Source: an uncultured Bacteroidota bacterium (lineage in GTDB: Bacteria > Bacteroidota > Ignavibacteria > UBA10030 > UBA6906). From it: 64,000 nt of DNA. Each line of letters starts with the position of its first letter. The stretch's first letter is position 1. The stretch covers positions 1,504,001 through 1,568,000 of the forward strand of contig CAVOYH010000003.1 of the NCBI GenBank assembly GCA_963700635.1, read 5' to 3'. Made by a program: the position numbers and the translations under genes. Positions 18,473 through 27,862 of the stretch are shown here, one piece after another. Below the pieces are notes generated by a model. That model saw only the letters and a program-made list of their open reading frames with translations. It ran no database searches and was not told where the DNA came from.

Positions 18473-20848
18473 ATGACGAAGCGAGTGCTGGTGTTGCTGG
18501 CCGCTGGTATCCTCCTGACCACACCGCCCCATCTGCAAGCACAAACATCCCCCCCGCAGGAAGTCTACAAGATCCTCGGTCTTTCCGTGGAAGGGAATAC
18601 CCTGGCCGACCCGGCAGCTGTTATCGCCAATTCAGGTCTCAAGGTCGGCGATGAAATCCTTGTGCCGGGCGATCAGATTGCACAGGCTATCCGCAAACTG
18701 TGGTCCCTGCGGCTGTTCGAAGATATCCAGGTCTCCATCGACCGGAAGATGGGCAACGGGATCTATCTGCTCATCAAGGTCACGGAGCTCCCCCGATTCG
18801 AACAAGCCCAGATCGAAGGAAACGACGAAATCGATACGGACGACATCCTGAAAGCGATACCGCTCGTCCGCGGACAGGTTGTTTCTCCGCACGACCTGAA
18901 GAAGATCCAGCGGGAGGTGAAAAAGCTCTACGATAAAGAGGGCTATCTGCTCGCCACGGTCGACGTCAGGTCCGATCCCTCGGATACGGTGGCGGGCGGA
19001 CGGCGTGTTGTTGTCGTGATGATCGACGAAGGCCAGGAAGTTATTGTGCGGAGCATCCGGTTCGGGGGAAACACGGCCTTCGCCGCGAGCGACCTGCGTG
19101 GCGCCATGGATGAGATCGAGGAAAGCAAGTGGTGGAAGTTCTGGTCCTCGGCCAAATTCGACCGGAAAAAATACGACGAAGACAAGACGAAGATCGTTCG
19201 GTACTATCGTAAACACGGGTACCGCGACGCGCAGATCCTCTCCGATTCGCTCTGGTACAGCGACAACAAGGAAGACATGTTCATCCTCATGAACGTGCAT
19301 GAAGGACCGCAATACAAGATCCGAAACATCACCTGGCAGGGAAATACCGTCTATCCCGATGTGGTGCTCAATGCCCGCCTCGACATGAGGCCCGGGGACG
19401 TCTATGATGCCGAGCGCTTCGAGAGGAATCTCCGGGGGAACGAGGAGCAGACCGATGTCGCCGCCCTGTATCTCGACAACGGATACCTCCGTTTTAACCT
19501 GGACCCCCGGGAAACGCGGGTCGCTGAGGACAGCATCGACATCCAGGTCAAAGTCTATGAAATGAACCAGTTCAAGATCGGGCATGTCAACATCAAGGGG
19601 AATACCAAGACGTATGAGAAGGTCATCAGGCGCGAGCTCTACAGCCGGCCCGGCGACTATTTCAGCAGGGCGGCCATTGTCCGCGGCATCCGCCAGCTCG
19701 CCCAGCTGAACTACTTCAACCCGGAGAAGATAAAGCCCGACTACGTGCTGGTCGACGACAAGACGGTCGATCTGACATTCGAAGTGGAGGAAAAATCCAG
19801 CGACAATGTCAATGCGTCGGTCGGGTACAGCGGCGCGTTCGGCGTGACCGGGGCCCTCGGGTTCACGATCACGAATTTCTCCATCGCGGAGCCCCTGACC
19901 GGCGGGGCGGGGCAGGTCCTCAATTTTGAGTGGATGTTCGGCGAAGGATCGCGCTACCGTACGTTCACCCTCGGATTTACCGAACCATGGCTCTTCGATA
20001 CACCCACGCTGTTTGGTGTGACCCTGTTCGACACGCGGCAGATCTATACGTTCGACTACCAGCGCACCGGCGGGTCTGTCCGTATCGGTCGCCGGTTCAA
20101 GTGGCCCGATGACTACTTCCGCGGCGACTGGATCGTGGATGCGCAGGTCAATGAGGTGCGTGACGGACTTGGGATCTACCGCGAGGGAAAATCAAGTCAG
20201 TTCAGCATCACCCAGATCATCTCGCGCAACAGCGTCGACAATCCGATCTTTCCGTCCAGCGGATCAAATGTCTCGCTGTCCGTGCAGGTGTCGGGCGGTC
20301 CGTTCCTTCCCGGCAGCATTGATTTCCACAAGTGGATGTTCACGTCCGAGTGGTATCTCCCCCTGTTCGGGTCCAGCAAGTTCGCCCTGTATCTCGGGTC
20401 GACGTACGGGTATGTTTCCACCTTTTACAAAGACTCGTATATCCAGCCCGTGGACCTTTTCTTCATGGGTGGGACCGGCCTCGGGTTCATTGCGACGACC
20501 CCTCTGCGCGGATATGAAGATCAGTCGGTCGGCCCGCGCAATGAGAACAACGAGATTCTGGGCGGCCGGGCCATGGCCAAACAGACCCTCGAATTGCGGT
20601 ACGCCGTGGCGATCAATCCAATCCCGATCTACATCCTCGGCTTCGCAGAAGGAGGCAATGTGTATGAGAGCCTTTCGCGGGCCGACTTCTTCGATCTTCG
20701 GCGTTCTGCCGGGTTCGGTGCACGATTGCAGATCAATCCCATCGGCCTGATCGGGTTCGACTACGGATACGGTTTTGACGATGTCTATCCGAGGGACGGC
20801 AAGGCTGACGGATGGCGGTTTCATTTTGTCTTCGGACGCGGATTCTGA
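18473..20848 (+). CDS. bamA: Outer membrane protein assembly factor BamA
   Basis: Signal peptide, POTRA repeats (GNTKTYEKVIRREL), PLRGY loop motif, C-terminal F. Confidence 0.95.
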   Translation: MTKRVLVLLAAGILLTTPPHLQAQTSPPQEVYKILGLSVEGNTLADPAAVIANSGLKVGDEILVPGDQIAQAIRKLWSLRLFEDIQVSIDRKMGNGIYLLIKVTELPRFEQAQIEGNDEIDTDDILKAIPLVRGQVVSPHDLKKIQREVKKLYDKEGYLLATVDVRSDPSDTVAGGRRVVVVMIDEGQEVIVRSIRFGGNTAFAASDLRGAMDEIEESKWWKFWSSAKFDRKKYDEDKTKIVRYYRKHGYRDAQILSDSLWYSDNKEDMFILMNVHEGPQYKIRNITWQGNTVYPDVVLNARLDMRPGDVYDAERFERNLRGNEEQTDVAALYLDNGYLRFNLDPRETRVAEDSIDIQVKVYEMNQFKIGHVNIKGNTKTYEKVIRRELYSRPGDYFSRAAIVRGIRQLAQLNYFNPEKIKPDYVLVDDKTVDLTFEVEEKSSDNVNASVGYSGAFGVTGALGFTITNFSIAEPLTGGAGQVLNFEWMFGEGSRYRTFTLGFTEPWLFDTPTLFGVTLFDTRQIYTFDYQRTGGSVRIGRRFKWPDDYFRGDWIVDAQVNEVRDGLGIYREGKSSQFSITQIISRNSVDNPIFPSSGSNVSLSVQVSGGPFLPGSIDFHKWMFTSEWYLPLFGSSKFALYLGSTYGYVSTFYKDSYIQPVDLFFMGGTGLGFIATTPLRGYEDQSVGPRNENNEILGGRAMAKQTLELRYAVAINPIPIYILGFAEGGNVYESLSRADFFDLRRSAGFGARLQINPIGLIGFDYGYGFDDVYPRDGKADGWRFHFVFGRGF

Positions 20849-20903
20849 GTTTCTGAGTACCACTATCGCAGCATAACAAACCATTCTATTTGAGGATGTA
20901 CTT

Positions 20904-21437
20904 ATGAAGACCCCCTTTGTGCTCCTATCACTCACCCTCATCACACTGCTGGCGGTCCCGGCGCTCTTCGCCCAGTCACAGAAGATCGGGTATGTCAACT
21001 CTTCGAAAATCTTTCAGGAACTCCCGGCCGCGCAGGACGCACAGCGCCGGATCGACGCCATGAGCAAGCCGATTCAGGACTCTCTGCAGGCAATGCAGAC
21101 TGACCTCCAGGCGCGCTATGAGGATTATCAGAAACGCGAAGCACTGCTGAATGACGCGGCGAAGAAGGCCGAGCAGCAGAAGCTGATTGACGCGGAACGC
21201 CGGATGAACGAATACCGCGTCCAGAAGCTGGGAAATGACGGCGACCTTGCGCGGGCAACAGAGAAAGTGCTCGCTCCGCTCCGGGAACGCATCAAAGCCG
21301 CCATCACCGCCATCGCGAAAGAAGAGAAGTACGGATTTATCTTCGACAAGACGGACGCGATCCAGATTTTGCTCTATGGCGACCCGGCTCATGATGTCAC
21401 ATTCAAGGTCATTGACCGCCTGAATCGCGGCAAGTAG
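20904..21437 (+). CDS. OmpH/Skp periplasmic chaperone
   Basis: Signal peptide, KIGYVNS, coiled coil, YGFIFDK...DVT. Confidence 0.9.
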   Translation: MKTPFVLLSLTLITLLAVPALFAQSQKIGYVNSSKIFQELPAAQDAQRRIDAMSKPIQDSLQAMQTDLQARYEDYQKREALLNDAAKKAEQQKLIDAERRMNEYRVQKLGNDGDLARATEKVLAPLRERIKAAITAIAKEEKYGFIFDKTDAIQILLYGDPAHDVTFKVIDRLNRGK

Positions 21438-21470
21438 CTGGTCCGGGAACACGACGATGGAGGATCCGGT

Positions 21471-21989
21471 ATGAAATCGTTTGCATTGGCGCTGTTGCTC
21501 GTCTGTGGTGTTGCGGCAGCCGGGGCCCAGACCAAAATCGGTCATATCAATTCTGAAGCGATCATGCAGGCGCTTCCGGAGGCAATCGATGCCCAGAAAT
21601 CCCTGGATGCTATGGTGGCCCAGTGGGAAGCTGAGCTGCAGAAGATGCAGACCGAGTGGAAGCGGAAATTCGACGATTACGACAAGAAGAAGTTGATCCT
21701 CACGGATCAGGCCCGGGCCGACCAGGAAAAGGAACTGCGCGATATGGACCAGGCCATCGCTGACTTCCGCAACAAGAAATTCGGACAGAACGGGGAGCTG
21801 TTCCAAAAACAGAATGAGGTGATGAAGCCGATCCAGAACAAGATCTTCAAGGTCCTCGAGGAGATCGCGCAGGACGACGATTATGACTATATCTTCGATC
21901 AGAGCGGCGAGATCCTCCTTCTCTATGCCAACGAAAAGCGTGATCTGACGTCGCTGGTCATCCAGCGCATGCAATCCTTCGGAAAGTAG
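21471..21989 (+). CDS. OmpH/Skp periplasmic chaperone (second copy)
   Basis: KIGHINSEAIM, KFGQNGEL, YDYIFD...DLT. Confidence 0.9.
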   Translation: MKSFALALLLVCGVAAAGAQTKIGHINSEAIMQALPEAIDAQKSLDAMVAQWEAELQKMQTEWKRKFDDYDKKKLILTDQARADQEKELRDMDQAIADFRNKKFGQNGELFQKQNEVMKPIQNKIFKVLEEIAQDDDYDYIFDQSGEILLLYANEKRDLTSLVIQRMQSFGK

Positions 21990-22001
21990 CCGGAGCATCC
22001 C

Positions 22002-23069
22002 ATGACCGTCCGGGAAATAGCACGCCTGCTGGATGCTGTCGTGGAGGGGAACGACGAGGAGGTGATTCGGCGTGTCGCCAAAATCGAAGAGGCCGGGGAC
22101 GGTGACCTGACGTTTCTGGCCAACCCGAAGTACTCCCGGTATCTCGCTGTCACACGCGCCTCCGCAGTGATCGTGGGAAAGACTGTGGCCGTCGAAGACC
22201 GGCCGGCTGATGCCCCTCCGTTGACCCTGATCCGCGTGGATGATCCCTATGTCGGTTTCGTCCGCATCCTTGCACGATTCAATCCCCCGCAGCTTCCGCT
22301 TCCGCCCGGCATCCACCCCGCGGCAGTCATCGCTAACGATGCTGCGATCGGAGAGGACGTCCGCATCGGACCGCTGGTGGTCATCGGCGAACGCGCCCGG
22401 ATCGGGGCGCGATCGATCCTCTGCCCCGGGACCGTCGTGGGTAACGATGTGGTCATCGGCAACGATTGCATCCTGTACCCTCACGTCACGGTCCGCGAAG
22501 CGTGCAGGATTGGAGACCGCTGTATCCTGCAGCCCGGCGCCGTTGTCGGGAGCGACGGGTTCGGGTTTGCGCCCAAGGCCGATGGTACATTTGAAAAGAT
22601 CCCTCAAATGGGGATCGTGGTAATTGAGGACGACGTCGAAATCGGAGCAAACACGACCGTCGACCGTGCCACGCTGGGGGAAACCAGGATCAAGAAGGGA
22701 ACGAAGCTGGATAATCTCATCCAGGTCGCCCACAATGTGGTGATCGGTGAAAACACGGTGATGGCCGCGCAGAGCGGAATTTCCGGCAGCACCCGGATCG
22801 GAAAAAACGTCATGGTCGGAGGTCAGGTTGGATTCACCGGCCATATCGCCGTCGCCGACCGGGCGAAAATCGGCGCACAATCGGGAGTTCACAGGTCGCT
22901 TACGACGGAAGGCGGAACCTATTTCGGCACTCCGGCGTTTGCGCAGCGGGAGGCGCTGAGGATCTACGGCGCATTTCCCCATCTCCCTGAAGCCCTGGCG
23001 ACCATCCGCAGCCTGCAGAAGCGGGTCGAGGAGCTGGAAAAGAAACTCAACGGCGCACATTCCGGATAA
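22002..23069 (+). CDS. lpxD: UDP-3-O-(3-hydroxyacyl)glucosamine N-acyltransferase
   Basis: LTFLANPKY, hexapeptide repeats, [28 protein letters not shown]. Confidence 0.96.
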   Translation: MTVREIARLLDAVVEGNDEEVIRRVAKIEEAGDGDLTFLANPKYSRYLAVTRASAVIVGKTVAVEDRPADAPPLTLIRVDDPYVGFVRILARFNPPQLPLPPGIHPAAVIANDAAIGEDVRIGPLVVIGERARIGARSILCPGTVVGNDVVIGNDCILYPHVTVREACRIGDRCILQPGAVVGSDGFGFAPKADGTFEKIPQMGIVVIEDDVEIGANTTVDRATLGETRIKKGTKLDNLIQVAHNVVIGENTVMAAQSGISGSTRIGKNVMVGGQVGFTGHIAVADRAKIGAQSGVHRSLTTEGGTYFGTPAFAQREALRIYGAFPHLPEALATIRSLQKRVEELEKKLNGAHSG

Positions 23070-23129
23070 GTCCATCGGGTCGCAGACCACCGCGCGCCCC
23101 GTGCCCACTCACCAACGCCTGAAGCGCTT

Positions 23130-24542
23130 ATGCTCGTCCAACAACGCACCATCAAGCAACCCATCTCTGTGAGCGGAGTCGGTCTCCACACCGGCAGCAT
23201 CTCCACAATGACCTTCCGTCCGGCGCCCGAGGACTCGGGGATCAGATTCCGGCGGATCGATATGGGAGGGACGCCCGAGATTCCCGCTGACGTCGATCAT
23301 GTGGTCGATATCTCACGGGGAACCACCATCGGAATCGGCGACGCTCGTGTCCATACGGTGGAACACGTGATGGCAGCCCTGGTGGGCCTGCAGGTCGACA
23401 ATGTGTTGATCGATCTGGATGCGAATGAACCCCCTGTCATCGATGGGTCCGCAAAACCCTATGTGGACGCCCTGCTCAAGGCGGAGTTCGAACGGCAAGA
23501 CGCCCCCAAAGACTATCTCATCATCGACCAGACTGTCACATACCATAACGAGGACAAGAAGGTCGATATTGTCGCTTTGCCCCTGGATGACTATCGCATC
23601 ACGGTCATGGTGGATTATTTCAATCCGGCCCTCGGGAGTCAGCATACGGGCCTCTTCAACCTGGAAAAAGAATTTGTCACCGAGTTTGCCCCGTGCCGCA
23701 CTTTCTGTTTTCTCCACGAGGTGGAGATGCTGCACAGCCAGGGACTGATCAAAGGAGGGACGCTGGACAATGCCATCGTGATCGTGGACCGGGATCTCCC
23801 GGACGACGAGTTGAGACGCATTGCCGGCAAACTCGGCATCAGTGACGCCGTGATCCTGGGAACAAACGGTGTTCTCAACAACCGGAGCCTCCATTTCCGG
23901 AATGAGCCCGCCCGCCACAAACTGCTCGATCTGATGGGGGACCTGGCGTTGATCGGGGTCCCTCTGAAGGCCCAGATCCTCGCGGCGCGGCCGGGACATG
24001 CAAGCAATATCGAGTTCGCCCGGATGATCCGGAAGCTCTACCAGCAGAAGAAGCTGATCCGGAAATTCCAGCACGAGAGGAAAGAAGGGGTGGTGTTCGA
24101 CGTCAACGCCATCAAGAAGATCCTTCCCCACCGGTATCCATTTTTGCTCGTCGACAAGATCATCGATTTCAAAATCGACGAGAGTGTGGTGGGGGTCAAG
24201 AACGTCACCGCCAACGAGCATTTTTTTGAGGGGCACTTTCCCGGACAGCCGGTGATGCCCGGGGTGTTGATCATCGAAGCAATGGCGCAAACGGGCGGCA
24301 TCCTGCTCCTGAACGGAGTCGAGAATCCCGGCGACAAGCTCGTCTTCTTCATGTCCATCAATAATGCCAAGTTCAGGCGCCCGGTTGTTCCCGGCGATCA
24401 GCTTATATTCGAACTGAAAATGGTCACACGCAAAAGCCGGATCTGCCAGATGGCCGGCAAAGCGTTCGTCGACGGCACACTCGTTGCCGAGGCCGAACTG
24501 CTGGCATCGATCGTCGATCGCGCCGGCGCCCAATCCCAGTAA
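23130..24542 (+). CDS. lpxC-fabZ: Bifunctional LpxC deacetylase / FabZ dehydratase
   Basis: GVGLHTG, TVEH, RHKLLDLMGDL (LpxC) fused to LPHRYPFLLVD, GHFPGQPVMPGVLIIEAMAQ (FabZ). Confidence 0.95.
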   Translation: MLVQQRTIKQPISVSGVGLHTGSISTMTFRPAPEDSGIRFRRIDMGGTPEIPADVDHVVDISRGTTIGIGDARVHTVEHVMAALVGLQVDNVLIDLDANEPPVIDGSAKPYVDALLKAEFERQDAPKDYLIIDQTVTYHNEDKKVDIVALPLDDYRITVMVDYFNPALGSQHTGLFNLEKEFVTEFAPCRTFCFLHEVEMLHSQGLIKGGTLDNAIVIVDRDLPDDELRRIAGKLGISDAVILGTNGVLNNRSLHFRNEPARHKLLDLMGDLALIGVPLKAQILAARPGHASNIEFARMIRKLYQQKKLIRKFQHERKEGVVFDVNAIKKILPHRYPFLLVDKIIDFKIDESVVGVKNVTANEHFFEGHFPGQPVMPGVLIIEAMAQTGGILLLNGVENPGDKLVFFMSINNAKFRRPVVPGDQLIFELKMVTRKSRICQMAGKAFVDGTLVAEAELLASIVDRAGAQSQ

Positions 24543-24561
24543 CCTCTCTGCACGCATACTC

Positions 24562-25362
24562 ATGAGCACTTCCATCGATCCCCGGGCAGTGGTAAGTCCG
24601 AACGCCGTCATCGGGCAGGATGTAACGATCGGACCTTTCACGATTGTCGAAGACGGCGCCGTGATCGGCGATCGGACCACGGTTGCTGCCAATGCGCTGA
24701 TCGCGTGCGGAGCGCGAATCGGGAGGGAATGCCGCATTCACCACGGCGCGGTGGTGGGCCATGCACCGCAGGATCTGAAATACGCAGACGAGCCAACGAC
24801 GTGCGAAATCGGCGACCGGACGGTGGTGCGGGAGTATGCCGCGCTGCACCGCGGGACGGGCGACACGGGGCGCACGGTGATCGGGGCTGACTGTTTCCTG
24901 ATGGGATACGTCCACATCGCCCATGACTGTGTCGTCGGGAACGGCGTGATCATGGCCAATGCCGCCATGCTTGCCGGCCATTGCGTGGTGGAAGACTTTG
25001 TGATCATCGGCGGAATTACCCCGGTTCATCAGTTTACGCGGGTCGGGTGCCATGCCATGATCGGCGGCGGCCTGCGGGTGCCGAAAGACGTCCCTCCCTA
25101 TGCCCTCGCCGGCAACGCGCCTCTGGTGTTCGAAGGACTGAACTCCATCGGACTCCGCCGCCGCGGGTTCTCACGAGAGACGATTGATGCCCTCGACCGC
25201 GCCTATACGACGATCTACCGGTCCGGACTGAATGTCTCGCAGGCCATCGACAAAATCCTCGCTGATCCAGCCCTCATGCAGCGCGAAGAAGTCCGGCATG
25301 TCGTCGAGTTCATCAAGGCCAGCAAACGCGGCATCATCGGCGCACCCAGGCTGCGCGGCTGA
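24562..25362 (+). CDS. lpxA: UDP-N-acetylglucosamine O-acyltransferase
   Basis: PQDLKY, HIAHDC, LAGHC, HQFTRVG, GLNSIGLRRRGF. Confidence 0.96.
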   Translation: MSTSIDPRAVVSPNAVIGQDVTIGPFTIVEDGAVIGDRTTVAANALIACGARIGRECRIHHGAVVGHAPQDLKYADEPTTCEIGDRTVVREYAALHRGTGDTGRTVIGADCFLMGYVHIAHDCVVGNGVIMANAAMLAGHCVVEDFVIIGGITPVHQFTRVGCHAMIGGGLRVPKDVPPYALAGNAPLVFEGLNSIGLRRRGFSRETIDALDRAYTTIYRSGLNVSQAIDKILADPALMQREEVRHVVEFIKASKRGIIGAPRLRG

Positions 25363-25369
25363 GGCCGGC

Positions 25370-26140
25370 ATGGAGGCCGGACAATGGGCTCTGGAAGACT
25401 CCGGCGAGCAGAGCGGGGCCTTCAATATGGAGCGCGATGAGCTTCTTGCCCGCCGCTTCTCACGGCGGATGACGGGCACTCACCCCACCGTGCGGCTCTA
25501 CCAGTGGCGTCCATGGGCGGTATCCCTCGGACATCATCAGGACGAACAGAGCCTTGATCGCCGGGCGCTGTCGCGCGATGGGATCGACATCGTCCGCCGG
25601 CCTACAGGCGGCAGGGCCATCCTCCATGCTGAAGAGCTGACCTACTGCGTGGTGATGGAGGCCGGGCGCCGCAGCATCCTCCAGGTGTATAATGCCATCA
25701 GCGATGCACTCGTCCACGGCCTCCGGCTTTTCGGCGTTGCAGTCGCTCTCCAGAAGAGTCAACCGAATTTTGCAGACGTGTACCGTCAGCCCTCGTCTGT
25801 TCCCTGTTTTACCAGCTCGGCACGGTATGAGATCGAGTGGAACGGGCGAAAGCTCGTTGGCAGCGCGCAGCGACGGTATGCCGATGGGGAAGTCGATGTG
25901 GTTCTCCAGCACGGATCGATTCTGTGCGGCCCCGCACACCGCCGGTTGAGCGACTATCTCGCGAATCAGGACCCCGGAGTCCGGGAACGCATCCGGAAGG
26001 AGATGGAGGAAAAGACCGTCGATCTGAATGAAATCACCGGCGGGCCGGTCGACCGGGGGCGACTCGCGGACTGCCTCGGCAGGGGCTTCGAGGAGGCGTG
26101 GGGGATGGTCTTTGAGAGAAGAGCGGTCCACGGAGCGTGA
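25370..26140 (+). CDS. Lipoate-protein ligase A family (LipM-like octanoyltransferase)
   Basis: NMERDE, RLYQW, VRRPTGGRAILH, PCF, KLVGSAQRR, LQHGSI. Confidence 0.88.
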   Translation: MEAGQWALEDSGEQSGAFNMERDELLARRFSRRMTGTHPTVRLYQWRPWAVSLGHHQDEQSLDRRALSRDGIDIVRRPTGGRAILHAEELTYCVVMEAGRRSILQVYNAISDALVHGLRLFGVAVALQKSQPNFADVYRQPSSVPCFTSSARYEIEWNGRKLVGSAQRRYADGEVDVVLQHGSILCGPAHRRLSDYLANQDPGVRERIRKEMEEKTVDLNEITGGPVDRGRLADCLGRGFEEAWGMVFERRAVHGA

Positions 26141-26173
26141 GAAGGAACTCGGACGAAGGAAAAAAAGGGGGGG

Positions 26174-27025
26174 ATGGGAAATCACGAAAAGAGGATGCAC
26201 ATGAGTACAGCCCAGGCAGATCATCGGCAGCGTGTCGTGACGACGCGCTCGGTGATGAACATGAAACGGACGGGGGAGAAGATCACGGCCCTGACCGCCT
26301 ACGATTTTCTCATGGCTCGCCTCCTCGACCAGGTCGGGATTGATATTATCCTTGTGGGAGATTCCCTCGGGAATGTCGTCCAGGGGCATGACACGACACT
26401 TCCCGTGACCGTCGATGACATGATCTATCATGCGAAAGCGGTCCGCCGGGGGGCAAAGAACGCTCTCATTGTTGTTGACATGCCCTTCATGTCGTACCAG
26501 ACGAACGTCGATGACGCGGTCCGGAATTGCGGGCGCGTGATGAAAGAGGTGGGAGTGGGCGCCGTCAAGCTCGAAGGCGGGGCGCATATCGCCGATATCG
26601 TCCGCCATCTGGTCAAGATCGGCATTCCGGTGATGGGGCATCTTGGCCTGACACCGCAGGCCATCAATAAATTCGGGACGTACGAGGTGCGTGCGACGGA
26701 CGACCCGGAGGCCGCCGAACTCCTGTCAGACGCCGCGATCCTGGCGGAGGCGGGTGTGTTTTCCCTCGTTCTGGAAAAGATTCCGTCGGCGCTGGCGAAA
26801 AAGGTCACCGAGGGCATCCCGGTGCCTACCATCGGCATTGGCGCGGGAGCAGATTGCGACGGCCAGGTGCTGGTCGTCTACGACATGCTCGGGCTGACAG
26901 AGGAGTTTCACCCCCGGTTTCTCCGGCGGTACGGCGAGATGGCGGAGGAGATGCGGGGAGCATTTCGCAGGTATATTGACGATGTGCGGTCGGGGGACTT
27001 CCCCGGGGAAAAGGAGAGCTACTAG
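26174..27025 (+). CDS. panB: 3-methyl-2-oxobutanoate hydroxymethyltransferase
   Basis: LTAYDF, LVGDSLG, DMPFMSY, VKLEGG, GHLGLTPQ, TIGIGAG. Confidence 0.97.
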   Translation: MGNHEKRMHMSTAQADHRQRVVTTRSVMNMKRTGEKITALTAYDFLMARLLDQVGIDIILVGDSLGNVVQGHDTTLPVTVDDMIYHAKAVRRGAKNALIVVDMPFMSYQTNVDDAVRNCGRVMKEVGVGAVKLEGGAHIADIVRHLVKIGIPVMGHLGLTPQAINKFGTYEVRATDDPEAAELLSDAAILAEAGVFSLVLEKIPSALAKKVTEGIPVPTIGIGAGADCDGQVLVVYDMLGLTEEFHPRFLRRYGEMAEEMRGAFRRYIDDVRSGDFPGEKESY

Positions 27026-27027
27026 GC

Positions 27028-27792
27028 ATGAGACACATCCTCGTGTGCAACGATGACGGCATTGATGCGGCCGGCATTCAAGCGCTCGCACGGGAACTGC
27101 AGCAGATAGCCCGGGTCACCGTCATAGCCCCCGATCGGCAGCAGAGTGCCGTCGGTCATGCGATTACCATGCAGCACCCACTCCGTGTCGTCCCTTTCTA
27201 CAAAGACGGCGGGTTGTTCGGGTATGCGGTCAAAGGAACGCCGGCGGACGCCGTGAAGCTGGGGGTCAAATGCCTGCTCAAGGAAAAACCGGACCTGCTG
27301 ATATCAGGCATCAACCACGGTTCAAATACTGCAATCAACATCATCTATTCGGGGACGGTATCGGCGGCAACGGAAGGGACCATTCTGGGAATTCCCTCGA
27401 TTGCGATGTCTCTGACGACGTATGAAGAGTGGGATTTTGGCGTGGCCGCGCGGTTTGCCCGGACGCTTGCCGAGCAGGTGTTCGAACGCGGGCTGCCCCC
27501 AGGCACACTATTGAATGTAAACGTTCCGGCGGTGCCGGAACATGAGATCAGAGGAGTGAAGCTGACGCGGCAGGGGGGGTCGTCGTGGGACGATACATTC
27601 GATGTCCGCAAAGATCCGTCCGGCCGTGAGTACTACTGGCTGACCGGAAAGATGCATGTTACCGACACGGACCCCGAAACCGACCAGGTTGCCATCCGCG
27701 ACCGGTACATTTCGGTGACCCCGATTCATTACGCGCTGACAAACAGCGCACAGCTCGAACAGATGAAGTCCTGGGACCTCTCCCGGTTCTGA
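27028..27792 (+). CDS. surE: 5'/3'-nucleotidase SurE
   Basis: CNDDG, GTPADAVK, SGINHGSN, YSGTVSAATEG, ISVTP. Confidence 0.96.
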   Translation: MRHILVCNDDGIDAAGIQALARELQQIARVTVIAPDRQQSAVGHAITMQHPLRVVPFYKDGGLFGYAVKGTPADAVKLGVKCLLKEKPDLLISGINHGSNTAINIIYSGTVSAATEGTILGIPSIAMSLTTYEEWDFGVAARFARTLAEQVFERGLPPGTLLNVNVPAVPEHEIRGVKLTRQGGSSWDDTFDVRKDPSGREYYWLTGKMHVTDTDPETDQVAIRDRYISVTPIHYALTNSAQLEQMKSWDLSRF

Positions 27793-27862
27793 GGCCGACT
27801 TTCCATTCGACGCCGTCGGACGCGTCATTCCCTTTTCACCCCGAAGTCGAACGGAGGAACAT

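Noticed and set aside
20904-24542. Tandem skp genes and the lpxC-fabZ fusion as novelties
   Set aside because: Both are well known in Bacteroidota/Chlorobi relatives; useful for taxonomy only.
20976-24737. Long minus-strand ORFs (710 aa and 474 aa)
   Set aside because: Antisense shadows of skp, lpxD and lpxC-fabZ.
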